Under the pieces are notes generated by a model. It searched no databases, had not been told where the DNA came from, and saw only the letters and a list, made by a program, of their open reading frames with translations. Below are positions 11,999 to 32,806 of a DNA stretch of 64,000 nt, piece after piece. Each line of letters opens with the position of its first letter. Position 1 is the first letter of the stretch. Source of the DNA: Amoebidium appalachense (lineage: Eukaryota; Protista; Ichthyosporea); NCBI GenBank assembly GCA_963693365.1, contig CAVNZM010000003.1, positions 8,055,312 through 8,119,311 of the forward strand, written 5' to 3'. The position numbers and the translations under genes were made by a program.

Positions 11999-12010
11999 AG
12001 AGAGAGAGTG
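10980..12010. repeat. About 1 kb polypurine / (GA)n / G-run tract
   Basis: Mostly G/A on the + strand, ending in long (GA)n. Confidence 0.9.
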
Positions 12011-13272
12011 TGTGTGTTTAACAAGCGAGGCCTTAAAACATACCCTGGGTGGCAACGTGGGGGCCCGGAACCAAGGCACTATGCCGCATGATGATGGTGT
12101 TGATGGGAAAGTGCAGGTATCCCTAAGAAGACGGGGTTCAAGTATTTATGTTATAAGAACATGTCACAACACCAAACAAACGGTTCAATAATATGCTAAC
12201 CGGAGACCAAAGCCAGGAGAAAAGGAGCTTCCATGCAAAAGAGGAAAGAAAGGGAAAACACGAAACAACGAGTAGGAGGTTGCAGTCTGTCAGCATGGGC
12301 ACCGTCTACACAATCAGTATTATGATGAATGCAAAACAAAACACTGGTGATACCGTGTTTCATTTGAGGGGCCCGTCTTTCTAATCCATACAAGCTTGTA
12401 CACTTTTTCTGGATGTTGAGTTTGATTTTTTAGCCCTAACCACCGGATTAGTGCATGTGACTTGCCAACACAGTTCATAGAGCGAAAGAAAAATACACGA
12501 CACAGCAAGAACATGATGGAAATATCATACCGTTACATTGGGTGCTCTTGACGGTTTGGCAGACAGGAAAACGCGGGTTTCAAGTAGTATGTGTGTGTAT
12601 ATGCCAGTGTGTGTGTGTGTGTGTGTGTGTGCCAGTGGGCGTGTGTGTGTTTGAGAGAGAGAGGTGTGTGTGTGTGTGTTCATGTGTGTTTGTGTCTATG
12701 CGTGCGTGCGTGTATTGTTTTGTATTGCCTAAGAGCTTACGCGAGCAGAGTGCGCATGGATGTTAAAACATACACAACGAAGGAACACACAGAAGAGGAC
12801 AAGCGGAGTTGTAACGAGAAAGGTTTGTGAAACGACAACTGAGTTTTTTAACGTTCGAACTTGCTTTCTTTTTTGCTCATTACACTCGTTTGGAGCCAAT
12901 AAGCCGTGGGATTACTGCCGAACCAATCAAATCTCTTTGGAACTAAAAGGGTTAATTATTTCTAACATACTTCGACACATAGATGACTAAGCAGGTATTC
13001 TAATTTCACATACTTGAAACAAGAAACTTAGACACGTTTAAAACAAAAGTATTACTTAATCGTCTATGTCACTATTAGAGCACACATATTCATATTCGCT
13101 CGTCTAAAGATATAATTTCCTTGAAGCAGATCTAGAAGTTTCCTCCTTTCTATCTACCCCTTCTCGCCGCTTGGATCAAGAAAGAGAGAACTAGAGCGCT
13201 TAAACCCTTGGCAAATTTCCTTGAAGCAGAAGTTGCCTCCTTTCTATCTAACAACTGTTGTAAACCTGGGCC

Positions 13273-14074
13273 TGTAACGCTCTCGATATATGGTCTGGTC
13301 CCAATAGCTGCTAGAGTATCCTATCTCGCACTGAAATTCAATAAGCACATAAGCCGCTTAAAGAAGTATTTGCCCTCCCACCCTCTCTTCTCTATCCGAC
13401 CTGTCCCCTCCTCACCTCTCCCCTCTTTCCTCCCCTCTCTCTCCCCTTCTCCCCTGGGCACAAATACAAATAAACCCCGCAATAGTGTGTGTGTGACTTT
13501 GGACTGCCACTTACTTATTAAACATGTACACAATCACAAGATAATCACGCAATATAACAAATGGAAAAAGATACCACACGACACTAGACCCGATGAAAGC
13601 ATACACCTTGAAAAACTAAGCCTTATGTCTCGTTTTATATATACTGACCGCCTCAACCATATTGCCAAATATGGCACTCGCAAGTGTATAACACCTAAAT
13701 ACATATTACCTTCCTGTAGAACTGGTCTTTCTCTAGCTGATGGTATTATTGATCAATTACCACGCTTTTACTGTACACGTGCTATACAGTGGAGATCTAA
13801 TAAGTATAAGGTGGCATCATTTGCATGCCCAAACAACACACACACACACCAGTTTAACCGGTCATGTATCGCCAAATGTAGTTTGATAGACCACATAATA
13901 CCGCAACACACACACGTCACATTCACAACAGACACCCAGAAAGATAGCCTACCTGTAAATTACAACATCCTTGATTTTATACTAAACACGCGTAACTACG
14001 ACCTGTTTATTAGATGTATTGATTGGCTTGAGAAACACATCACTACAAAATTATAGCGCACGCACACACACACA

Positions 14075-14113
<39 letters not shown>

Positions 14114-14151
14114 CCAGCTGATACCGAGTGTCCCGAGGGGAGCCCCTTTGG

Positions 14152-14187
<36 letters not shown>

Positions 14188-14382
14188 GGGGAACCCCAAC
14201 TAATTGATTTCTCCTTGTAGTCTTTATGGTGTCTCGTAGAGAAAGTAAACCCTGATATATAGTCACCACCCGACATCTATGTACGTGATCATGATATACC
14301 GCTGAGGGGATATTCCGAGCAAACCCCCCCCCCCCATACCTGAGACTGGTTCTCTTTGCCTCGAGTAAACAGCGTAAACCCC
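13273..14382 (+). mobile_element. 5'-truncated LINE copy A (second family): ORF2 C-terminus + (CA)n + poly(A) + ~195-bp tail
   Basis: SIYGLVPIAARVSYLALKFNKHISRL..HPLF and AIQWRSNKY..C..NILDFILN..YDLFIRCIDWL align with the ORF2 C-terminus at 2448-3180 (SLYALTPPSQRVHELALKFHEHITRL..HPLF; IMAWRCNRF..TILDHLIN..YDIVIRCLNFL). Flanked by a 36-bp direct repeat (13244-13279 / 14383-14418). Confidence 0.88.
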
Positions 14383-14718
14383 CTATCTAACAACTGTTGT
14401 GAACCTGGGCCTGTAACGGAGGTAGGTCTATACGAAGGAAGCCCTAGGTATAGGGAGATCGGATGATAACCGGCTAAAAAAATACAATAATTGATAATAA
14501 TTTACAAAAATAAAAAACATAAACCCAATAACCATAACCCTATGTGTGTCCGGGCCCTAAATGGGGGGGCTGCCGCCCCCCAACCCCCGCTAAAGGGGCC
14601 TGACGGCCCCTTTATGTCGCTTGGGGATCGAATCGTTCTCCCCTGATTTTACGTCATCGGATCGTGTTTTGTCCAATCAGGTGCGCGGGGACTTCCGGCG
14701 TATGGACTTGGGTGCACA

Positions 14719-15506
14719 TGTAACGCTCTCGATATATGGTCTGGTCCCAATTGCTGCTAGAGTATCCTATCTCGCGCTGAAATTCAATAAGCACATAAGC
14801 CGCTTAAAGAAGTATTTGCCCTCCCACCCTCTCTTCTCTATCCGACCTGTCCCCTCCTCACCTCTCCCCTCTTTCCTTCCCTCTCTCTCCCCTTCTCCCC
14901 TGGGCACAAATACAAATAAACCCCGCAAAAGTGTGTGTGTGACTTTGGACTGCCACTTACTTATTAAACATGTACACAATCACAAGATAATCACGCAATA
15001 TAACAAATGGAAAAAGATACCACACGACACTAGACCCGATGAAAGCAGACACCTTGAAAAACTAAGCTTATGTCTCGTTTTATATATACTGACCGCCTCA
15101 ACCATATTGCCAAATATGGCACTCGCAAATGTATAACACCTAAATACATATTACCTTCCTGTAGAACTGGCCTTTCTCTAGCTGATGGTATTATTGATCA
15201 ATTACCACGCTTTTCCTGTACACGTGCTATACAGTGGAGATCTAATAAGTATAAGGTGGCATCGTTTGCTTGCCCAAACAACACACACACACACCAGTTT
15301 AAACGGTCATGTATCGCCAAATGTAGTTTGATAGACCACATAATACCGCAACACACACACGTCACATTCACAACAGACACCCAGAAAGATAGCCTACCTG
15401 TAAATCACAACATCCTTGATTTTATACTAAACACGCGTAACTACGACCTGTTTATTAGATGTATTAATTGGCTTGAGAAACACATCACTACAAAATTCTT
15501 AGCGAA

Positions 15507-15585
<79 letters not shown>

Positions 15586-15616
15586 CCAGCTGACACCGAG
15601 TGTCCCAGGGGTGCCC

Positions 15617-15649
<33 letters not shown>

Positions 15650-15840
15650 GGGGAACCCCAACTAATTGATTTCTCTTAGTCTTTATGGTGTCTCGTAGAG
15701 AAAGTACATCCTGATATATAGTCATCACCCGACATCTATGTAAGTGATCATGATATACCGCTGAGGGGATATTCCGAGCAAAACCTCCCCCCATACCTAA
15801 GACTGGTCTCTCTTTGCCTCGAGTAAACAGCGTAAACCCC
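14719..15840 (+). mobile_element. 5'-truncated LINE copy B, near-identical to copy A, one frameshift
   Basis: Same 5' start (tgtaacgctctcgatatatgg) and 3' end (cagcgtaaacccc) as copy A. 1-bp deletion near 15068 (aagcctta vs aagctta). CACAT on both flanks. Confidence 0.88.
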
Positions 15841-16093
15841 CACATATATATGGTCACGGCCGGTCCGTGGCGCCGGCCACATGCTGGTAAAGGAAATAGA
15901 TCTAGATCCACCACTATGTACCAATCAAATCATTTCTAGCTAGAATCTAAACGTGGCGACATGTTGTGCAATTTGACCGATAAAGTGTCATGTGCACACG
16001 GAAACATGAAGATAGAACACAACACAAGCAGAAAAACACTAAGGAAACCAGCACTTCAAAGTTCTTGTGATCGTACGTCGTGCCGTATAACAA

Positions 16094-16167
16094 GTGTGTG
16101 TGCTTGTGTGCGCACGCGGGCGTGTGTGTGCGTGCGTGTGCGTATGTGTGTGCGTGTGTGTATGTGC

Positions 16168-16198
<31 letters not shown>

Positions 16199-16325
16199 TG
16201 CGTGCCGTGGCCAGTGTATGTACATGTGTCTGTGTACGGGGTGAATGTGTACGGGGTGAATGTGTGTGTGTGTGTGCGTGCGTGCTTGTGTGTTTGTGTG
16301 TGTGTGTGTGTGTGTGTATGTGTGC

Positions 16326-16403
<78 letters not shown>

Positions 16404-16423
16404 TGTGTGTGTGTGTGTGTGTG

Positions 16424-16493
<70 letters not shown>

Positions 16494-16513
16494 GTGTGTG
16501 TGTGTGTGGGTGG

Positions 16514-16580
<67 letters not shown>

Positions 16581-16632
16581 GTGTGTGTGTGTGTGTGTGG
16601 ATGTGTGTGTGTGAGTGTGTGTGTGTGTGTGA

Positions 16633-16676
<44 letters not shown>

Positions 16677-16870
16677 TTTGTATAAGCGAGCGTTTCTGCG
16701 TGTGTACACGTGCGTGTATGCACGTGTGCATGTGTGTGTGCCAGCTAGCTACTGTGTGTGCCGATGTGCCATGGTGTGTGTGTCTGCGTGTGCCACTGCA
16801 TGTGCACTGGTGTGTGTGTGTGTGTGTGTGGTGTGTGCCAGTGTGTTTGTGTGTAACCGTGTGTGTGTCC
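16094..16870. repeat. (GT)n microsatellite block with internal higher-order units
   Basis: Long (GT)n interrupted by recurring gtacggtgtg...ggatgtg units. Confidence 0.9.
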
Positions 16871-17475
16871 GCCTGCCATGGGTTTTTGCAACAATCCGAT
16901 ATATATAGGTGCGGATCGTGGGGATTAGATCACATTCACAGATGTATTTTTCGCTTTTTGTGGGGGGAAAATGCACCATATCCTAAAAACTAGTATATAT
17001 ATCCTGCTGCTGTGCATATGATACCATTAGGCACCAAAATACACGTCAGCACAGCTGCACATTTGCATACCATTCTCCAATATCATAATATTATACTGTT
17101 AAGCTAGGCATCAAACATACAGTTCTAATGTGTGGTTGTATTGTTTTTGGGCCAAATCTCATAAAAAGGCGTACATGTGATATATCCCACACACATTTCT
17201 ATGTACATACACACAGACTGCGCTACTGTGGTTGTTCTTCATGTACCAAACCATAATGGATTTGGGCCAAAAAGTTACACTTTCCAGTCCAAGCTTGTTG
17301 AGTAAGACATGTGAGTAACGTCCATTCTAGTAAAATTTTTAAACACCAAGTCGAATAAAACACATGCACACACGCACCTAACGTGCACACGTGATCACAC
17401 GTAATGCACTACCATTCATTCGATTCCATTCGCATAATCAAACCAAACATCATATCCCTCACCACACTGCCAGCC

Positions 17476-17519
<44 letters not shown>

Positions 17520-17566
17520 ACCCACCACCACCCACCCACCCACCCACCCACCCAACCACTCCGCTC

Positions 17567-26027
<8,461 letters not shown>

Positions 26028-28475
26028 TGTGGAAGGAGCACCCTGGCTGGGTTTATGTTTTCAGCGTAAACTCTACGCTTGTCCGTACGTATGTGCAATT
26101 CCTTCTCCTACTGTTACGTTGTCGTCAAAGCGAAAAACATGTGCCAAGCACAGTGCGATGTGCCCAAAAATATCAGCCATGAGCCCATGCGAAGCGTTTT
26201 GATGCAGTAAAAGTTCACCCCTGCTCATGGACAAAGAACCTGGTATACATTTAGCAGCCAGAAATAACAATCGAAATGACTGCACCTACGTACAGGAACC
26301 CTTCAACCCACAAACACTGACGACGCTTCTCTACGTTATTGATGGAATTCTCTTTTACACGCATGCCACGCCCAGCTGACACACGCACCTGAAAATTTGA
26401 GACTTAAATGAAATTCTTCAATTACGTAATAACTTAAACTTTATAATGTAGCCATGTAAAGCATGTGACGCTATATGTTAATGGGACACGGAGCCTCGAC
26501 AGGCGCATGTAACATGAAAATTCTCACCTTTTTATGTACAAGAGCAGGTTTCAGTTCTAAGTCTGTAACAACTGCCCCTTGACTATCCAAAGGAATTTTT
26601 GGGATATTGGGGTGATCAATCACAAAACGCCCCACCACCAAGAGTTTTGGAGGATGCTATGTACGAATCGGCGGTCTGTCGGCCACTGGCACACCGCCTC
26701 TGCCACTGGGCCATTCCTCTCATTACGCAGAGCAATAAACAAAGCCATTTACACTGAACGGTGTGTGCAATATATAATACTGTGGATACTTCTTTTGGTC
26801 ACTGCTTAATGCATATCTATGATGCCTTTTCTGCCTCTTTTTGATCCTTTGGATTGGCCACCCCACGGAATGATTTAAATCTTAATCATGGCCGATCGCG
26901 ATTTGTCAGAAAAGAAACATAAACTTTAACACTTTTGAAATAGAATCTCACTTCAATATATAATTATTAAGTATGTACAAATAGAAAAACTTAGTGTTTC
27001 TGTGCTCTAATAATCGTGTATTAAAATAAAGAACTGCAGCCAGGAACAATCTTGAATAAAAATTTGGTTTATGGTGATTTATTACCACTCCCTTTTATCA
27101 CACTGGAATGTAAAATGCGCCAATGGAGATGCAGCAGCCAGGGCTTGAAATCACTTGTCCGGAATCGCTCATGTGATCACGTTCCGGTCCCCGGCTGTTG
27201 GCGGTCACCTGTGTATAGGACGAGATAGTAATGGCTAATGCTACGACAATTGGCCATGACGGGCGAAGCCTTTGTGTGTGCACATGCAAAAATACTTATG
27301 TAACATTAAAGGAAAAAAGAGAGACAAGCTGTACACGCGTCTCGCAGAATACGTCCGGTTCAGATTTCATACCATCCTGCCGCGGCAGGGTTCGAATTTG
27401 GTTTCAAGGGCGTCGTATGTACGTATACCACGACACTGAACACTGCGACCTCATTACAAGAAAGCAATTGAAAGCTATTTGTTAGTAATGGATAATGGAA
27501 AAAAAGAGCCTGTGTACAGGAAATGCGACGCGATGGTTACGCATGGTATTCTAAAAAAAAATCAAATTCGATAGCCTTTTAGGTACGATCAAAAATTACG
27601 AACGCTGATATTTTGGAAGGACAGGTGACGTCATGTTGATCTTGACGGGACTATGGGTTACGCAAGATTGAGTCAACAGTGTGAGTAGACCATTTTTTTT
27701 GGCAAAAGTTTTGTGAATTCCACGCCACCTGGAGGGACCCGGACCGCCCTGTATAAAAAGGCCCTTGCGCAAGTGTGATGACGTCAGGGGCCGCCGGAAA
27801 CTGACCAGGAAGGGGCTTCGCCCAATGAAACACTGGTTACTTTTGATAATGGGCCAGTGGACGAACCGTCCCAAATGGGCATTGTTGTACATGTGCTGAT
27901 AATATCAGCTTTACTTTTTTAATCAAAATTGATATTGCGCACCAGTAGAGCGAAGCCCCGTTTCGTTTGCTCATGAGCGCGGCTGCAGACCGTGCCGTAG
28001 ATCTGTAGATCATGATCACGTCCCCAAACCATCTATTTATTTATCACAGCCTGATACAATTTGAGTGCACATGTGGACCCCAGTACGTACTGGGCTAGCT
28101 ACTACTACATGAACACATGTAAAAAGGAACCTCAGCCTCTCGGCTAGGTCGACATGGGGCAGAGCACACTCAGACTCACACATGTACATACACATACGGC
28201 CACATGTCACGCACACCAGACTGGCACCGTAACAAGAACACACAGGTGCACCCGCTCACGCCTACCACCTACTGAGGCGGTGTCTCGTTTCCGCAACACG
28301 TCAGTACGTGTTAGCGCTCACGCCCACACCATGAGTCACTGAGGCTGTCACAGTTGACTCACTGTTTTCATGACGAGAAGTGTGTCTACACGCGGCACAC
28401 ACACACGCACATATGTGCACGTGGCACTTCACAGCCGGAGACGCGCACCGCGTGTACACGGCACCGGGCGTGACT

Positions 28476-28526
<51 letters not shown>

Positions 28527-28550
28527 CCGCACACGGCACCGGGCGTGACT

Positions 28551-28629
<79 letters not shown>

Positions 28630-28695
28630 AGTGTCACACACACACACGCACACACACACACGCACACACACGCACACACTGACACCGTGACACGT

Positions 28696-28734
<39 letters not shown>

Positions 28735-28850
28735 CACGCACACACACACACACACACATCATTAGTACACACAAACACAAGCCTTACACACTCACACGCT
28801 GAAAAAAAACTTCGAAAAAAAACCAACAAAAAAAACATACACAAAAGCTA

Positions 28851-28892
28851 CTTTGGTGATACCCAGTTTTCTTTTCTCTTCTCTCACGCGAA

Positions 28893-28935
<43 letters not shown>

Positions 28936-29093
28936 CTTCTTCTCTTCTTTTACTCTACGTCGTATAAGAAGAGGAGAAGCACCCCCCCCCCCCCCCACCT
29001 CTCATCTAGAGTAAATGTCGTATAAGAAGAGGAGAAGCACCCCCCCCCCCCCCACCTCCCTAGATGAGAAAAGAAAACTGGGTACCACCAAAG
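28851..29093. repeat. Foldback (long imperfect palindrome) with internal tandem duplication
   Basis: ctttggtgatacccagttttcttttctc (28851-28878) is the reverse complement of 29066-29093 with 1 mismatch. Inner arms are G-run+cttcttctcttct versus agaagaggagaagc+C-run. Confidence 0.8.
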
Positions 29094-29644
29094 GGGCTGG
29101 GGCCAAAAAGAAGAGGAGCTGCCCCCCCAGAGATGAGAGAAAATTTTTTCTGGGTACCACCAAAATAGTGTGTGTTGAAAAGGGTTTGTTGCTCTTACTT
29201 ACCGTTAGAACACTCTGATGGTAGGCGGGAGGGGGAAGTGCTTGCAACGTTCCCCCACTTAGATCTTTTGTCCAGCACGAAATGCCGTCCCAAAAAACAG
29301 ATGAAAATGCAACCAGGCGTGGATACATACAAAGTGGGGAAATAACATTCACAAGATGCATGTTAAGGCTCTCGCTCATGTTAGAAACTACATGTCAAAG
29401 GTAGCAAGGCTTGGCAAAGGAACATACAAAAAATAAGTGCTGGTCGCAAGGCAACAACTCGTAAAGGTTGCTTCCGGGCGAGCGGGTGCATGCTGCCCGA
29501 AACGAAATCGCAAAGAATGCGTATGGCGCAACTATGAGTGACCAACGTGAACAGAACGGCGCCGGCGGCCGCGTGATCCCGATGAGCACCAAATACCTGA
29601 AAAAAGTGAGGTATGTGTGTGTGTGTGTGTGTTTGTGTGTGTTA

Positions 29645-29675
<31 letters not shown>

Positions 29676-30211
29676 TGTTGTTATGTCTGCGCACGCTTGT
29701 GTACACGTGTTGCCGTGCTTGTGTGTGTGTGTGCGTGCGTGCGTGTGTGTGTGTGTGTGTGCGTGCCAGTGTGTGTGTGTATGTAGTATGTATGTGTGTG
29801 TGTGTGTGTGTGTGTGCATGTGTGTGTGTGTGTGTGTAGAGTGCGCGTGCACGTGTTGTGCCAGTGCGCGCACGTGTGTGAGCCACTGTGACTGTGCACT
29901 GTACATGTGTTGTGTGTACCATGGTGGTGCGCTCATGCGCGCGCCATAAGTTGGAAACCAAGAAATAACATGTTGGCATAGTATTTGAAGCGCGGCATTA
30001 GCCTATAGGCCTGACGCTGTCACACGGTGACCAGCAGGCTGCATGCAGCTAACAGCCTGATATGATGATGCTTTCCGTATACAACAGAAGACGATACGGA
30101 AGTGTTACCCATATAAATTTATGTCACAATAAATTCTTATGATGATTACAGAAAACTGTTCATGTGTGCCTGTGGTGAAGTGGATTTGTGTGTGTGTGTG
30201 GGGCGGGGGGT

Positions 30212-30248
<37 letters not shown>

Positions 30249-30390
30249 GGGGGGGGAGGGGGTGGAGGATTCATGCTGGTGTAAGAGGGTTGAAACTGTG
30301 AGCTTCGTGGGCATCGAGAGACAAAATACATCACTGTTACAAAAATTTGGAGGATTTTTTTTTCTTTTTTTTTTTTTTATGTGAGGGGGC

Positions 30391-30435
<45 letters not shown>

Positions 30436-30763
30436 GAATGCGCCATGTGTGGAATACTAAGTACAGATTTGAAAAGGACAACACAATGCAGAGTGCAAAC
30501 CACACCTAAAGAATATGGATCCGGAGGAAAGGAAGGGGGTGGAGAGAAGGGGAAGAGAGGGGTATAAGTCAGAGGGTCGGAATTGGGGCAGCGAAGACAT
30601 CAACAGAAAAAACACAAAATGCCCCCCCAAAAAAATTTATGGTGGGGGGGTGGGGGGTTGGGGGTGGGGGGTGGGGGGGGGATAAGAATACGAAGTACAC
30701 ATTCATAACCGGCAGCACAAGGCAGAGTGCAAACCACACCGGTGTGTGTGTGCGTGTGTTTGG

Positions 30764-30800
<37 letters not shown>

Positions 30801-31250
30801 TTGTCTTTACCATTCATGGCGCCTCTAGCAGGAGCATATTATACACTTGCACGCCCGCATCTTTACTTCGCAAAAACGTTTAGAAAATTGAGATGCTAGA
30901 AAATCGAGACGATAAAACCTACTTTCTTAAAGCCAAGTTATTGTTTTACAGCTCCAAAGACGGTGATCAATTTCTTTTTTAAAGAATTTCCTAGCCCCCT
31001 CTTGTTTTAGACTTTATACACAATCATGATGTGCTTAAAAAATTTGCAAAGATGTGTGTCTGCAGTTATAAAACTGTGAACGCAACACACTGTGTGTGTG
31101 GGTGTATGATGTGGAATCTGGTTCCTGTATGTAAAACTAATACATGTACTAGAGCTAGTTAAAGGTATTCAACACAGCCGTTTTCCAGGGCTGAGATGTG
31201 CGCCTCTCTTTGTGTGTGTATTTACATATGTGTGTGTGCTTGTGTGTGCT

Positions 31251-31308
<58 letters not shown>

Positions 31309-31567
31309 GGCGCCAATGCGTGCGCGCACATGTGTGTGTGAGTCATGTGACTGCATGCACACGCACATGTTTGCTCATGTTACATATTGTTCATGCCTAA
31401 TCTTCGGTGCTTGCCTGCTGGTGTAAACTATACTACCACAAGCAAACCCGCTCACATTCTCTAACTCGGGTCTTCCTAAGTCTACGTTTTCACGACCACC
31501 CTCTTAATCAATTTGTTACAATCAAAAGCCAACACATTGCACGCGCATCACGCAACCAATCACACGC

Positions 31568-32806
31568 TCATATGGTATCTAGCACACTCCACAGCACATT
31601 CTTACACTTGTCTCTGATGTCAGCGAGCAACGACTCCCTCTCCTCCCCCTTCAAAAGAAACAGCGGGTAGTTATCAACCAACCTCTCATCCTTGTGGCGT
31701 TGAGAGAGCAACCTTCTAAACTCTCGCAATTTCAAGTTTTCGATGGTGTTCACAAGAGGCTGTTTCTCACGCCGAAAGTCGATGCGTATGATCTCATACG
31801 GTTTGATATGGCTGTTGTGACTATATACCACCGGGCCAAGCCAACTATCGCTACTCCCCGCACTCGAATCTCCCGAATATTTCGTTCTCGAAAATAGATT
31901 GCGACTTGGTGATGGATGGAGGTGACGTGGGCTCACCAGGGGCTCCCTATGGGGGTTTGTGCTGGCACGCATACGCCTAAAACTTCTCTTTAACCCACCG
32001 CTAAAAATAGGACTACTGTCAGCACTTCGAATCATTTTTGACGGCTCATGGCTGGCACTATCGAAGCTGCTGCTGCTACACGGACTACCGATCAAATGCT
32101 GTGCAAGAGGTGAATTTGGTGCATGGGGTAAAGAACCCCCTCCCTCCTTTGGCCGTAGTTGGTGAAATTTCTCTTGCATCCACCCAGGAAGGCGCTTCTG
32201 TAGCTCAACATGACCCCGGTGTTCTTTAACATGCTGCATCTCCGCTTCGTCAAGACTTTGCTCACGGGTCCGCGATGATGGATTCTGGGGTCTGCTGTGG
32301 GAGGGTGACCCCATGGGGCTCATGGTAGGACTTGGGAATGGTGAGCCCTCCCCATCGTCGGTTTCGCAGCCCGAAACATCACTTGCACTGTAACCACCGC
32401 ATAGATGGGCCTGAAGATGCTGGACGGAGGTACCGGATGGAGAAATCCTGTTCTTTCGAGATGGCGATTTCCGGGAAAAAATACGCGGGGAAACCTCTGC
32501 AAGCACGTCCACGAGGCTCCTTTTTCGTTTTAAAGTGGGTGCCTGTAAAGCGGAGAGCGGAGAGGTCCTTACGGTTTTCGAGCCCCGGCTAGACCCAATC
32601 TCCGGAGAACCGAGTGTATTACTAACCGTATGTCTAGGTGCGCAGTGATTTTCAGCGGATGCAGTTGTGATTACGGTGGGCCTTTGCGTAACTGTGCGTG
32701 TTGTGTCTGCTGTGACAACTAAAGCAGGAACAGAGTGAGCATGGGCTACTAGTTGCACCTCGGTGGGATGGGCGGGGGGGTAACCCCGCTGGAGTGTCTG
32801 CGCCAT
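31568..32806 (-). CDS. Uncharacterised Ser/Pro-rich protein (~412 aa from MAQTLQ) with a compact C-terminal domain
   Basis: About 1.3 kb stop-free, microsatellite-free ORF in a repeat-rich genome. NLS-like LKRKRS, many SP sites, hydrophobic-patterned last ~90 aa. True start uncertain. Confidence 0.65.
   Translation of the reverse strand: MAQTLQRGYPPAHPTEVQLVAHAHSVPALVVTADTTRTVTQRPTVITTASAENHCAPRHTVSNTLGSPEIGSSRGSKTVRTSPLSALQAPTLKRKRSLVDVLAEVSPRIFSRKSPSRKNRISPSGTSVQHLQAHLCGGYSASDVSGCETDDGEGSPFPSPTMSPMGSPSHSRPQNPSSRTREQSLDEAEMQHVKEHRGHVELQKRLPGWMQEKFHQLRPKEGGGSLPHAPNSPLAQHLIGSPCSSSSFDSASHEPSKMIRSADSSPIFSGGLKRSFRRMRASTNPHREPLVSPRHLHPSPSRNLFSRTKYSGDSSAGSSDSWLGPVVYSHNSHIKPYEIIRIDFRREKQPLVNTIENLKLREFRRLLSQRHKDERLVDNYPLFLLKGEERESLLADIRDKCKNVLWSVLDTI

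Noticed and set aside
13114-14418. CRISPR-like direct repeats
   Set aside because: Only pairs of repeats, no regular spacers, eukaryotic context, no cas genes.
14719-15844. Solo LTR interpretation of copy B (TG...CA ends)
   Set aside because: Internal sequence is LINE ORF2 plus poly(A); no matching TSD at TG/CA boundaries; copy A lacks the CA end.
29395-29610. Exon-like island ending in GTATGT
   Set aside because: No recognisable homology or partner exons; upstream frames are interrupted.
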